A DNA stretch of 64,000 bases from Vicinamibacteria bacterium (GCA_963668695.2 CAXXLQ010000004.1:3712001-3776000), one strand, 5' to 3'. Shown: positions 47,299 through 58,351, counted from the first letter of the stretch. Notes: generated by a model from the sequence alone, not told the origin. Translations and numbers: made by a program.

Positions 47299-50200
47299 TC
47301 ACCGGAGGTGCCCCCGGATCACGAAGGCGTGGTCCGGCCCGGTGAAAGATCCCAGGCGGCGGCTTCCTTCGACGCTGAGTTGTAGCGACGAACCCAGTTG
47401 CAGGCGGCTGCCCAGCCGGAAGGCGCGGCTCGCGTCTTCCTGGAGGGCCACGCCGGCATACGGGGTCAGTGACCCGATTGCGAACCCACCGAATCCGTAG
47501 CCGACTTCCCCTTCGAGGCGCGCGCTGCCACCCGCGGCGAACTGGGTGCCTGGGACCAGCGGGGAACGTCCGTTCCACAACCGGTTCACGCCGCTCAGGG
47601 CTTGCCCGTGCGAAGAGGCGAGCGAGAGGGACAGCCCTCGGCGATCGTCGCCTGGGTCGATCCGCACCGTGCCGCCGATTCCCCACTCCCGGTACGCCTT
47701 GTCCTGGTGCACCGCCAAGGTGCGGCCGGTCAGCTCGACGCTCAGTCCACGGGTCGGATGCCGGTAGCGGAACCCGGAGCCCACTTCGAGACCTAGTCCG
47801 GTCTCCGCATCACCAGCGTCATACCGGAGCCCGGCTTCCAGGATCGGCGTGATCTCGCCGCCCCAGAGCGATCCGAGCCGCCAGGAGCCTTCCGCCAGGA
47901 CCCGGCCGCGTGAAACGAGGCCCGTACTGGCAGGGCGCACCGCCGTAGCGCCGGCATCGACCCGCGTCCAGAACATATCCGCCTTCAGGGCCAGTTGGAG
48001 ACGGCTGCCGCCCATTCCCGGCCAGAGGTTCCCGCGAGCTCCGATCGCCCCCAGGCGCATGGAAAGGTCGCTCTTGCCGTCTTCGGCAGCCAGGGACATC
48101 GTCCCGATCCCGTAACCTCCGAGGCCCCATACGGAAACCCGCTCGCCGAGCGGGACACTCACGTAAGGACTCAGGATTGAGATCCGGCTGTCCGCGACAC
48201 CGGCCCGGGTCGAGCCGTTCCGTTCCGAGCCGGCGACCTCGAACCCGCCAGTGCCCAGGCTGTTCGAGAGGGCGAATCCCGCCAGCGTCCGACCGCGCCG
48301 GTAGTCCATTCCGACGGTCGTGGTGAAAACGTCGCCGTTCACCGAGATGCCATCCTCTTCGCCGGCGAAGCGAAGGGTCGCTCCTCGGCCCCAGAATGCC
48401 CAGCCCCGGGGCTGCTGCCCGGAATCGGCTCCCGGCTGGACCAGGAACGCACCCCGCTCGAGCAGTTCGCGCCCGTCGAGACCGAAGAGTCCGTTCGCCC
48501 GCTCTCTCACGTCGCTCCAACTCTGTCCGAGAGTGTCCCGCGAGGCGACCTGGAACAGGGTCGGCATCGGATCAAGCCCGAGCGATAGGCGGCTTCCGCG
48601 TGAGCCGTCGTCCATCCGGTCCTCAACGGACTCCATCACCTGGGTCGCCACGCTCCGGCCGAAGCGCGTGATCCACATGCGCGCCGCACGTTCGTTCCCG
48701 TCGTCGTCCTCGATCGTCCCGATGCACGTGATGGTGCCGATTCCGGCCTCCCGCGGGTTGTTGAGCGACACCAAGAAGGTCTCCTCGGCTTCGTCGAACG
48801 CATCGTCCACCAGCGGCACCGCCAGAATCGCGGTCGTGGCACCCGCCGGGATGACGAATTCGGCTCGCCGCCCTTCATAGTCCTCTCCGGCGAGCGCCTC
48901 AGCGTCGGTGGTCCAGTAGGAGTAGCGGAGATCCCGCCCGGCCACGGCCTCGAGGGTCGCCGAGAACCCGATCGTTCCTGCGTTCTCAGAAGCGCGGGCA
49001 TCCTCCATCCGCAAACTGGGTTCGACATCGTCGTCCTCGATGGTCCCCACGGCGCGCGGGACCTCCACAATGGCGTTCGCCGGAGCGCTCAGGGCCAGCT
49101 CGAACGTCTCGTCGGCCTCGTCCAACTCGTCGTCGAGCAGCCGCACCGCAATCCGCTTCGACAGCTCTCCAGGAAGGAACTCGACGGTTCCCGAGGCGCC
49201 CTCGAAGTCCTCGCCGTCCCCTGCCGTCAGTTCGGACGTCCGGTAGTCAACCCTGACCGACCGGCCGCTCCTAACGTTCAGCCATACCTGGAAGGCCAGC
49301 TCACCGTTGTCTTCGGCAGCGCTTTCGTCGGCGGTGTGGAGCGTCGGAAGCGCGTCGTCGTCTTCGATCGTCCCCTCAGCTTCGCCATCCGCCACAACGG
49401 CGTTGCGGACGTTCGTTACGGCGAGCACGAAGGTCTCGTCGTCCTCGTCCAAGCTGTCGTTCGACACGCGCACCCGGACGGTATGGATCTGCCGGCCAGG
49501 GCTGATTTGGAAGACCGCCTCCACCGGCTCGTAGTCCTGGCCCGCGGTGGCGGTGACATCGGAAGTCGCGATGCGGCCCTCGATTACCTGCACGCTCGGC
49601 GCGGAAAGGCTCACGGCGAACTCAAGCCATCCCGCCGACTCGGAAGCGTGTTCGTCGGCGATCCTGAGTTCCGGGTCATCGTCATCCATAATGGTTCCCA
49701 CGGCGATATCGTCGGCGATCTCTCCCGCCGAGGCGCCGAAAAGCACCACTTGGAAGCGCTCGTCGAACTCATCGAGCAGGTCGTCCCGAAGGTGGACCGT
49801 GATCCGTCCCGAGGTCTGCCCGGAGGGGATGACAAGCGTCCCGAAGGCTCTCAGGTAGTCGACGTCCTCGTCGGCGGATTTCGGACCGAACGCCAGCGGC
49901 TGCGTCCCCCAGTCCACCGCGATCGATGCGGACGGAGCCTTGTCCAGGCGCACAGAGAATCGCATGATTCCTGCGCCTTCGCGGGCACGAGAATCCAGAA
50001 TCCGGATCTCGGTCGGCACGACCGGGGGCTCGATGTCTCCGTCGTCGTCAGTCAGCCTCAGCGTGGCCGGCTCCACGGCGAAGCCGGACGCCGTCCCATG
50101 CACGGTGATCCTCTCCGCGTCCTCCGCAATCTGGTCGTCGATCGGGGTCAGCGTGAAGCTTCCGCTGCCACGCCGGGATCCCGCCGGGATCGTGACCACA

Positions 50201-53200
50201 AAATCGGAGACCGCCGCGTAGTCGCCGCCGGAAGCCGCCGAGTCGTTGGCGCTACCGACCGAAACCGTCACTACGGTCGCTTCGTTGCGGGCGCCCTGGT
50301 CCAGTTTCGCCGTCACCGTGACGATGGTCGCCGCATCGTCTTCCGAGATCTGCCCCGGGTTCACCGATAGCGCCACCGAACTGGACGGGGAATCGCCGTC
50401 GTTCAGCACGAGCTCCGCCGGCTCCACCGTCAGCCCCCGGGACCGGCCGTGCACGGTGATCTGCTCCGCGCCCTCAAAGATCCGGTCGTCGATCGGGATC
50501 AGCGTGAAGCTCTCGCTGCCACGCCGGGATCCTGCCGGGATCGTGACCACAAAATCGGAGACCGCCGCGTAGTCGCCGCCGGAAGCCGCCGAATCGTCCC
50601 CGCCGCCGACCGAAACCGTCACTACGGTCGCTTCGTTGCGGGCGCCCTGGTCCAGTTTCGCCGTCACCGTGACGGTGGTCGCCGCATCGTCTTCCGAGAT
50701 CTGCCCCGGGTTCACCGATAGCGCCACCGAACTGGACGGGGAATCGCCGTCGTTCAGCATGAGCTCCGCCGGCTCCACCGTCAGCCCCCGGGACCGGCCG
50801 TGCACGGTGATCTGCTCCGCGCCCTCAAAGATCCGGTCGTCGATCGGGATCAGCGTGAAGCTCTCGCTGCCACGCCGGGATCCTGCCGGGATCGTGACCA
50901 CAAAATCGGAGACCGCCGCGTAGTCGCCGCCGGAAGCCGCCGAGTCGTCCCCGCCGCCGACCGAAACCGTCACTACGGTCGCTTCGTTGCGGGCGCCCTG
51001 GTCCAGTTTCGCCGTCACCGTGACGGTGGTCGCCGCATCGTCTTCCGAGATCTGCTCCGGGTTCACCGATAGCGCCACCGAGCTGGACGGGGAATCGCCG
51101 TCGTTCAGCACGAGCTCCGCCGGCTCCACCGTCAGTCCCTCGGACCGGCCGTGCACGGTGATCTGCTCCGCGCCCTCAGAGATCCGGTCGTCGATCGGGG
51201 TCAGCGTGAAGCTCTCGCTGCCACGCCGGGATCCCGCCGGGATCGTGACCACAAAATCGGAGACCGCCGCGTAGTCGACGCTGGAAGCCGCCGAGTCGTT
51301 GGCGCTACCGACCGAAACCGTCACTACGGTCGCTTCGTTGCGGGCGCCCTGGTCCAGTTTCGCCGTCACCGTGACGGTGGTCGCCGCATCGTCTTCCGAG
51401 ATCTGCTCCGGGTTCACCGATAGCGCCACCGAGCTGGACGGGGAATCGCCGTCGTTCAGCACGAGCTCCGCCGGCTCCACCGTCAGTCCCTCGGACCGGC
51501 CGTGCACGGTGATCTGCTCCGCGCCCTCAAAGATCCGGTCGTCGATCGGGGTCAGCGTGAAGCTCTCGCTGCCACGCCGGGATCCCGCCGGGATCGTGAC
51601 CACAAAATCGGAGACCGCCGCGTAGTCGACGCTGGAAGCCGCCGAATCGTCCGCGCCGCCGACCGAAACCGTCACTACGGTCGCTTCGTTGCGGGCGCCC
51701 TGGTCCAGTTTCGCCGTCACCGTGACGGTGGTCGCCGCATCGTCTTCCGAGATCTGCTCCGGGTTCACCGATAGCGCCACCGAACTGGACGGGGAATCGC
51801 CGTCGTTCAGCACGAGCTCCGCCGGCTCCACCGTCAGTCCCTCGGACCGGCCGTCCACGGTGATCTGCTCCGCGCCCTCAGAGATCCGGTCGTCGATCGG
51901 GGTCAGCGTGAAGCTCTCGCTGCCACGCCGGGATCCCGCCGGGATCGTGACCACAAAATCGGAGACCGCCGCGTAGTCGCCGCCGGAAGCCGCCGAGTCG
52001 TTGGCGCTACCGACCGAAACCGTCACTACGGTCGCTTCGTTGCGGGCGCCCTGGTCCAGTTTCGCCGTCACCGTGACGGTGGTCGCCGCATCGTCTTCCG
52101 AGATCTGCTCCGGGTTCACCGATAGCGCCACCGAGCTGGACGGGGAATCGCCGTCGTTCAGCACGAGCTCCGCCGGCTCCACCGTCAGTCCCTCGGACCG
52201 GCCGTCCACGGTGATCTGCTCCGCGCCCTCAGAGATCCGGTCGTCGATCGGGGTCAGCGTGAAGCTCTCGCTGCCACGCCGGGATCCCGCCGGGATCGTG
52301 ACCACAAAATCGGAGACCGCCGCGTAGTCGCCGCCGGAAGCCGCCGAGTCGTTGGCGCTACCGACCGAAACCGTCACTACGGTCGCTTCGTTGCGGGCGC
52401 CCTGGTCCAGTTTCGCCGTCACCGTGACGGTGGTCGCCGCATCGTCTTCCGAGATCTGCTCCGGGTTCACCGATAGCGCCACCGAGCTGGACGGGGAATC
52501 GCCGTCGTTCAGCACGAGCTCCGCCGGCTCCACCGTCAGTCCCTCGGACCGGCCGTGCACGGTGATCTGTTCCGCGCCCTCAGAGATCCGGTCGTCGATC
52601 GGGGTCAGCGTGAAGCTTCCGCTGCCACGCCGGGATCCCGCCGGGATCGTGACCACAAAATCGGAGACCGCCGCGTAGTCGACGCTGGAAGCCGCCGAGT
52701 CGTTGGCGCTACCGACCGAAACCGTCACTACGGTCGCTTCCTTGCGGGCGCCCTGGTCCAGTTCCGCCGTCACCGTGACGGTGGTCACCGCATCGTCTTC
52801 CGAGATCTGCTCCGGGTTCACCGATAGCGCCACCGCACTGGAAGCCAGATCGTCGTCGTTCAGCACGAGGGTCGCCGGCTCCACGGTCAGCCCCCGGGAC
52901 CGGCCGTCCACGGTGATCTGCTCCGGACCCTCGGCAATGTCGTCGTTGTTCGGCATCACGCGAACGACGGTCGTCGCGCTCTCCTCGCCCGCGGGAATGA
53001 CCAACAGGCTGTCCCCGACCGCCCGGTAGTCGACGCCACTGACGGCTGCGTCGCCGGTGGCGCCGAACCGGATCGAAACACTCGTGTCCTTGCCCAGCAT
53101 GCCGCCGAACAGTTGCGCGGTGAGCGCAACCTCGTGAGCACCGCCTTCCTCCGAAATCGCCACCGGATCCAACAACAGCACCACCGAACTGGGCGGGGAA

Positions 53201-56200
53201 TCGCCATCGTCGTTCAGCACGAGCTCCGCCGGCTCCACGAGGAGCCCCCCGAACACGCCGTGCACGGTGATCCTCTCCGCGTCCTCCGCGATCTGGTCGT
53301 CGATCGGGGTCAGCGTGAAGCTCTCGCTGCCACGCCGGGATCCCGCCGGGATCGTGACCACGAATTCGGAGACCGCCGCGTAGTCGGCGCCGGAAGCCGC
53401 CGAGTCGTTGGCGCTACCGACCGAAACCGTCACCGCGGTCGCTTCCTTGCGGGCGCCCTGGTCCAGTTCCGCCGTCACCGTGACGGTGGTCGCCGCATCG
53501 TCTTCCGAGATCTGCTCCGGGTTCACCGATAGCGCCACCGAACTGGACGCGGAATCGCCGTCGTTCAGCACGAGGATCGCCGGCTCCACGGGCAGCCCCC
53601 GGGACACGCCGTGCACGGTGATCCGCTCCGGACCCTCGGCAATGTCGTCGTTATTCGGCATCACGCGAACGACGGTCGTCGCGCTCTCCTCGCCCGCGGG
53701 AATGACCACCAGGCTGTCCACGATCGCCCGGTAGTCGACGCCACTGACGGCTGCGTCGCCGGTGGCGCCGAACCGGATCGAAACACTCGTGTCCTTGCCC
53801 AGCATGCCGCCGAACAGTTGCGCGGTGAGCGCAACCTCGTGAGCACCGCCTTCCTCCGAAATCGCCACCGGATCCAACAACAGCACCACCGAACTGGGCG
53901 GGGAATCGCCATCGTCGTTCAGCACGAGCTCCGCCGGCTCCACGAGGAGCCCCCCGAACACGCCGTGCACGGTGATCCTCTCCGCGTCCTCCGCGATCTC
54001 GTCGTCGATCGGGGTCAGCGTGAAGCTTTCGCTGCCACGCCGGGATCCCGCCGGGATCGTGACCACAAAATCGGAAACCGCCGCGTAGTCGACGCCGGGA
54101 GCCGCCCAGTCGTTGGCGCTACCGACTGAAACCGCCACCGCGGTCGCTTCCTTGCGGGCGCCCTGGTCCAGTTCCGCCGTCACCGTGACGGTGGTCGCCG
54201 CATCGTCTTCCGAGATCTGCTCCGGGTTCACCGATAGCGCCACCGAACTGGAAGCCGGATCGTCGTCGTTCAGCACGAGCTCCACCGGCTCCACGAGGAG
54301 CCCCCCGAACACGCCGTGCACGGTGATCCTCTCCGCGTCCTCCGCGATCTCGTCGTCGATCGGGGTCAGCGTGAAGCTTTCGCTGCCACGCCGGGATCCC
54401 GCCGGGATCGTGACCACAAAATCGGAGACCGCCGCGTAGTCGACGCCGGATGCCGCCGAGTCGTTGGCGCTACCAACCGAAACCGTCACCACGGTCGCTT
54501 CCTTGCGGGCGCCCTGGTCCAGTTCCGCCGTCACCGTGACGGTGGTCGCCGCATCGTCTTCCGAGATCTGCTCCGGGTTCACCGACAGCGCCACCGAACT
54601 GGAAGTCGGATCGCCGTCGTTCAGCACGAGCTCCGCCGGCTCCACGATGAACCCCTCGAACACGCCGTGCACGGTGATCCTCTCCGCGTCCTCCACGATC
54701 TCGTCGTCGATCGGGGTCAGCGTGAAGCTCTCGCTGCCATGCCGGGATCCCGCCGGGATCGTGACCACAAAATCGGAGACCGCCGCGTAGTCGACGCCGG
54801 ATGCCGCCGCGTCGTCCGCGCTACCGACCGAAACCGTCACCGCGGTCGCTTCCTTGCGGGCGCCCTGGTCCAGTTCCGCCGTCACCGTGACGGTGGTCGC
54901 CGCATCGTCTTCCGAGATCTGCTCCGGGTTCACCGACAGCGCCACCGAACTGGAAGCCGGATCGTCGTCGTTCAGCACGAGCTCCGCCGGCTCCACGATG
55001 AGCCCCTCGAACACGCCGTGCACGGTGATCCTCTCCGCGTCCTCCGCGATCTCGTCGTCGATCGGGGTCAGCGTGAAGCTTTCGCTGCCACGCCGGGATC
55101 CCGCCGGGATCGTGACCACAAAATCGGAGACCGCCGCGTAGTCGACGCCGGAAGCCGCCGCGTCGTCCGCGCTACCGACCGAAACCGTCACCGCGGTCGC
55201 TTCCTTGCGGGCGCCCTGGTCCAGTTCCGCCGTCACCGTGACGGTGGTCGCCGCATCGTCTTCCGAGATCTGCTCCGGGTTCACCGACAGCGCCACCGCA
55301 CTGGAAGCCGGATCGTCGTCGTTCAGCACGAGCTCGGCCGGCTCCACGATGAGATCCTCGAACACCCCGTGCACGGTGATCCTCTCCGCGTCCTCCGCGA
55401 TCTCGTCGTCGATCGGGGTCAGCGTGAAGCTCTCGCTGCCATGCCGGGATCCCTCCGGGATCGTGACCACGAATTCGGAGACCGCCGCGTAGTCGACGCC
55501 GGATGCCGCCGCGTCGCCCGCGCTACCAACCGAAACCGTCACCACGGTCGCTTCCTTGCGGGCGCTCAGCAGTTCCGCCGTCACCGTGACGGTGGTCGCC
55601 GCATCGTCTTCCGAGATCTGCTCCGGGTTCACCGACAGCGCCACCGAGATGGGTGAGGAATCGCCATCGTCGTTCAGGACGAGTTCCGCCGGCTCCACGA
55701 TGAGCCCCTCGAACACGCCGTGCACGGTGATCCTCTCCGCGTCCTCCGCGATCTCGTCGTCGATCGGGGTCAGCGTGAAGCTCTCGCTGCCATGCCGGGA
55801 TCCCGCCGGGATCGTGACCACGAAATCGGAGACCGCCGCGTAGTCGGCGCCGGAAGCCGCCGAATCGTCCGCGCCGCCGACCGAAACCGTCACTACGGTC
55901 GCTTCCTTGCGGGCGCCCTGGTCCAGTTTCGCCGTCACCGTGACGGTGGTCGCCGCATCGTCTTCCGAGATCTGCTCCGGGTTCACCGACAGCGCCACCG
56001 AACTGGAAGCCGGATCGTCGTCGTTCAGCACGAGCTCCGCCGGCTCCACGATGAGCCCCTCGAACACGCCGTGCACGGTGATCCTCTCCGCGTCCTCCGC
56101 GATCTCGTCGTCGATCGGGGTCAGCGTGAAGCTCTCGCTGCCATGCCGGGATCCCGCCGGGATCGTGACCACAAAATCGGAGACCGCCGCGTAGTCGACG

Positions 56201-57600
56201 CCGGATGCCGCCGCGTCGTCCGCGCTACCGACCGAAACCGTCACCGCGGTCGCTTCCTTGCGGGCGCCCTGGTCCAGTTCCGCCGTCACCGTGACGGTGG
56301 TCGCCGCATCGTCTTCCGAGATCTGCTCCGGGTTCACCGACAGCGCCACCGAGATGGGTGAGGAATCGCCATCGTCGTTCAGGACGAGCTCCGCCGGCTC
56401 CACGATGAGCCCCTCGAACACGCCGTGCACGGTGATCCTCTCCGCGTCCTCCGCGATCTCGTCGTCGATCGGGGTCAGCGTGAAGCTTCCGCTGCCACGC
56501 CGGGATCCCGCCGGGATCGTGACCACAAAATCGGAAACCGCCGCGTAATCGACGCCGGGTGCCCCCGCGTCGTCCGCACTACCGACCGAAACCGTCACCG
56601 CGGTCGCTTCCTTGCGGGCGCCCTGGTCCAGTTCCGCCGTCACCGTGACGGTGGTCGCCGCATCGTCTTCCGAGATCTGCTCCGGGTTCACCGACAGCGC
56701 CACCGCACTGGACGGGGAATCGTCGTCGTTCAGCACGAGCTCCGTCGGCTCCACGGGGAGATCGAGATGCTCGAACACGCCGTGCACGGTGATCCTCTCC
56801 GCGTCCTCCGCGATCTCGTCGTCGATCGGGGTCAGCGTGAAGCTTTCGCTGCCACGCCGGGATCCCGCCGGGATCGTGACCACAAAATCGGAAACCGCCG
56901 CGTAGTCGACGCCGGGAGCCGCCCAGTCGTTGGCGCTACCGACCGAAACCGTCACCGCGGTCGCTTCCTTGCGGGCGCCCTGGTCCAGTTCCGCCGTCAC
57001 CGTGACGGTGGTCGCCGCATCGTCTTCCGAGATCTGCTCCGGGTTCACCGACAGCGCCACCGCAAACAACTGCGATCGGGCAGCCGAATCGCCGTCATTC
57101 AGCACGAACTCCGCCCGCGCGTCACCCTCCCCATTGAGAGCAGGGTCATAGTCCTCAAGACTCGAGGTCGGGAGGCCCGTCAACCCCGGCGCAACCCGCG
57201 TTTCCGCGGCCGAAACCGCCGTATTCGCCGTCGAGAGCAGCAAGGCCGCGAATTGGATCGCGCAGAAGAACCTCAGTACAACGCCGCAGACTTGGGCACT
57301 GCGACCGCCCCGCAATCCGCCCGGACAGGACCTCGCGCCAGCACTCCCGCCCGGCAGCGGTCCGGCGGGTTCGTCGCCGTCCGCACCGCGCCAGCCTCGG
57401 ACTCCCGGGAATGGAACCACGACTCCGCGCGGCTCACCGCCGAACTCTCGCGCGCTTGCCGCCCGCGCGATGCGCGGGTCACTGCCGGGTCCGACAGGCT
57501 TCCCGCCGGCGTTCCCGTTTCGGGCACGCCAAGGGCTTGATTCAAAGATCTGTCGGACGAACCGCAGGCAAATCTGGAAGGGACGTTGGGGATATGGCAT
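47299..57600 (-). CDS. Giant repetitive adhesin: 20 Calx-beta-like repeats, 4 divergent Calx-beta domains and an autotransporter-type beta-barrel (start uncertain)
   Basis: 3433-aa ORF; acidic DD-rich 117-aa repeats; EGAG/ESAG/EDNG/ENAG Calx-beta starts; WITRFGRSVA linker; WGRG..GLRYDAGDAETG..LTPYAG barrel motifs. Confidence 0.9.
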   Translation of the reverse strand: MPYPQRPFQICLRFVRQIFESSPWRARNGNAGGKPVGPGSDPRIARAASAREFGGEPRGVVVPFPGVRGWRGADGDEPAGPLPGGSAGARSCPGGLRGGRSAQVCGVVLRFFCAIQFAALLLSTANTAVSAAETRVAPGLTGLPTSSLEDYDPALNGEGDARAEFVLNDGDSAARSQLFAVALSVNPEQISEDDAATTVTVTAELDQGARKEATAVTVSVGSANDWAAPGVDYAAVSDFVVTIPAGSRRGSESFTLTPIDDEIAEDAERITVHGVFEHLDLPVEPTELVLNDDDSPSSAVALSVNPEQISEDDAATTVTVTAELDQGARKEATAVTVSVGSADDAGAPGVDYAAVSDFVVTIPAGSRRGSGSFTLTPIDDEIAEDAERITVHGVFEGLIVEPAELVLNDDGDSSPISVALSVNPEQISEDDAATTVTVTAELDQGARKEATAVTVSVGSADDAAASGVDYAAVSDFVVTIPAGSRHGSESFTLTPIDDEIAEDAERITVHGVFEGLIVEPAELVLNDDDPASSSVALSVNPEQISEDDAATTVTVTAKLDQGARKEATVVTVSVGGADDSAASGADYAAVSDFVVTIPAGSRHGSESFTLTPIDDEIAEDAERITVHGVFEGLIVEPAELVLNDDGDSSPISVALSVNPEQISEDDAATTVTVTAELLSARKEATVVTVSVGSAGDAAASGVDYAAVSEFVVTIPEGSRHGSESFTLTPIDDEIAEDAERITVHGVFEDLIVEPAELVLNDDDPASSAVALSVNPEQISEDDAATTVTVTAELDQGARKEATAVTVSVGSADDAAASGVDYAAVSDFVVTIPAGSRRGSESFTLTPIDDEIAEDAERITVHGVFEGLIVEPAELVLNDDDPASSSVALSVNPEQISEDDAATTVTVTAELDQGARKEATAVTVSVGSADDAAASGVDYAAVSDFVVTIPAGSRHGSESFTLTPIDDEIVEDAERITVHGVFEGFIVEPAELVLNDGDPTSSSVALSVNPEQISEDDAATTVTVTAELDQGARKEATVVTVSVGSANDSAASGVDYAAVSDFVVTIPAGSRRGSESFTLTPIDDEIAEDAERITVHGVFGGLLVEPVELVLNDDDPASSSVALSVNPEQISEDDAATTVTVTAELDQGARKEATAVAVSVGSANDWAAPGVDYAAVSDFVVTIPAGSRRGSESFTLTPIDDEIAEDAERITVHGVFGGLLVEPAELVLNDDGDSPPSSVVLLLDPVAISEEGGAHEVALTAQLFGGMLGKDTSVSIRFGATGDAAVSGVDYRAIVDSLVVIPAGEESATTVVRVMPNNDDIAEGPERITVHGVSRGLPVEPAILVLNDGDSASSSVALSVNPEQISEDDAATTVTVTAELDQGARKEATAVTVSVGSANDSAASGADYAAVSEFVVTIPAGSRRGSESFTLTPIDDQIAEDAERITVHGVFGGLLVEPAELVLNDDGDSPPSSVVLLLDPVAISEEGGAHEVALTAQLFGGMLGKDTSVSIRFGATGDAAVSGVDYRAVGDSLLVIPAGEESATTVVRVMPNNDDIAEGPEQITVDGRSRGLTVEPATLVLNDDDLASSAVALSVNPEQISEDDAVTTVTVTAELDQGARKEATVVTVSVGSANDSAASSVDYAAVSDFVVTIPAGSRRGSGSFTLTPIDDRISEGAEQITVHGRSEGLTVEPAELVLNDGDSPSSSVALSVNPEQISEDDAATTVTVTAKLDQGARNEATVVTVSVGSANDSAASGGDYAAVSDFVVTIPAGSRRGSESFTLTPIDDRISEGAEQITVDGRSEGLTVEPAELVLNDGDSPSSSVALSVNPEQISEDDAATTVTVTAKLDQGARNEATVVTVSVGSANDSAASGGDYAAVSDFVVTIPAGSRRGSESFTLTPIDDRISEGAEQITVDGRSEGLTVEPAELVLNDGDSPSSSVALSVNPEQISEDDAATTVTVTAKLDQGARNEATVVTVSVGGADDSAASSVDYAAVSDFVVTIPAGSRRGSESFTLTPIDDRIFEGAEQITVHGRSEGLTVEPAELVLNDGDSPSSSVALSVNPEQISEDDAATTVTVTAKLDQGARNEATVVTVSVGSANDSAASSVDYAAVSDFVVTIPAGSRRGSESFTLTPIDDRISEGAEQITVHGRSEGLTVEPAELVLNDGDSPSSSVALSVNPEQISEDDAATTVTVTAKLDQGARNEATVVTVSVGGGDDSAASGGDYAAVSDFVVTIPAGSRRGSESFTLIPIDDRIFEGAEQITVHGRSRGLTVEPAELMLNDGDSPSSSVALSVNPGQISEDDAATTVTVTAKLDQGARNEATVVTVSVGGGDDSAASGGDYAAVSDFVVTIPAGSRRGSESFTLIPIDDRIFEGAEQITVHGRSRGLTVEPAELVLNDGDSPSSSVALSVNPGQISEDDAATIVTVTAKLDQGARNEATVVTVSVGSANDSAASGGDYAAVSDFVVTIPAGSRRGSGSFTLTPIDDQIAEDAERITVHGTASGFAVEPATLRLTDDDGDIEPPVVPTEIRILDSRAREGAGIMRFSVRLDKAPSASIAVDWGTQPLAFGPKSADEDVDYLRAFGTLVIPSGQTSGRITVHLRDDLLDEFDERFQVVLFGASAGEIADDIAVGTIMDDDDPELRIADEHASESAGWLEFAVSLSAPSVQVIEGRIATSDVTATAGQDYEPVEAVFQISPGRQIHTVRVRVSNDSLDEDDETFVLAVTNVRNAVVADGEAEGTIEDDDALPTLHTADESAAEDNGELAFQVWLNVRSGRSVRVDYRTSELTAGDGEDFEGASGTVEFLPGELSKRIAVRLLDDELDEADETFELALSAPANAIVEVPRAVGTIEDDDVEPSLRMEDARASENAGTIGFSATLEAVAGRDLRYSYWTTDAEALAGEDYEGRRAEFVIPAGATTAILAVPLVDDAFDEAEETFLVSLNNPREAGIGTITCIGTIEDDDGNERAARMWITRFGRSVATQVMESVEDRMDDGSRGSRLSLGLDPMPTLFQVASRDTLGQSWSDVRERANGLFGLDGRELLERGAFLVQPGADSGQQPRGWAFWGRGATLRFAGEEDGISVNGDVFTTTVGMDYRRGRTLAGFALSNSLGTGGFEVAGSERNGSTRAGVADSRISILSPYVSVPLGERVSVWGLGGYGIGTMSLAAEDGKSDLSMRLGAIGARGNLWPGMGGSRLQLALKADMFWTRVDAGATAVRPASTGLVSRGRVLAEGSWRLGSLWGGEITPILEAGLRYDAGDAETGLGLEVGSGFRYRHPTRGLSVELTGRTLAVHQDKAYREWGIGGTVRIDPGDDRRGLSLSLASSHGQALSGVNRLWNGRSPLVPGTQFAAGGSARLEGEVGYGFGGFAIGSLTPYAGVALQEDASRAFRLGSRLQLGSSLQLSVEGSRRLGSFTGPDHAFVIRGHLR
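50040..57065 (-). repeat. 20 tandem ~351-bp intragenic repeats
   Basis: VALSVNP(E/G)QISEDDA unit x18 plus 2 variant units (LLDPVAISEEGG). Confidence 0.93.
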
Positions 57601-57633
57601 TTCGCCGTGCCTCGCTTGTTTTGGATTGTTGGG

Positions 57634-57651
57634 AAGATCTAGTCAGATCTT
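57634..57651. promoter_or_regulatory. Perfect 7-4-7 inverted repeat upstream of the adhesin (candidate operator)
   Basis: AAGATCT-AGTC-AGATCTT in an AT-richer stretch ~35 bp upstream of the longest-ORF ATG. Confidence 0.4.
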
Positions 57652-58351
57652 TGTGAACCGCAACTTTACCCAAAGCACAACAACAACACAAACTGTCAAG
57701 ATTGGTTTTCCATAACACGGCGCCTCCCCGATCTGCCGGCTGCCGCCCAACCACAAACTTCTGACTCGCAAGGCAAGCCAGTCCCAATGACCAAACGAAC
57801 TCGTTGATATAAGGGCCTATTCCGCCATCTCATCGATGACCGCTACCGCTGTTTCCGGACATGCCGAAACACAAATCCACCGGCCGTTCGGCCTTATGTT
57901 TCTCTCAAGAACAGTTGGTGACACCAAGTTCACCAACTTCCCGCAGCTTGCGCCGGGCGGACGAGAACTCAGCCGATTCGCTGCCGAACGCCGCGACGCC
58001 GGTTTTTCTCCACCCCCTGCCCGGCCATCTCCCACGCCTTCGAAACGTGCCTGGGCTCCCCGGCAAGAGACCTCCTCTCGGCTGTCCGCCTCCCGGCGGG
58101 GCCGGGACATCTTCGACTCCGATTGGGAGCGACGACGCGCCACCGAGGAGGGCTAAACACCGCATGGGAGGCGATTCGCATGGGTGTTCGGGTACCTGCG
58201 TAGCGGCGCAGACCGAAATGGGCAGGGGGCGGCCGAATATGTGGATCCCGCAACGGCGGACCGGTGGGGACGGCGGAACTGCTGGTGACCCGGAAGGGAG
58301 CGATCCTGGGCGGCGGCGGGATCGCCGCGGCGCTCCTGAGTCGGCTCCTGG

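Noticed and set aside
47299-57600. Diversity-generating retroelement or invertible shufflon acting on the adhesin
   Set aside because: No reverse transcriptase or recombinase in the window, and repeat differences are not adenine-specific.
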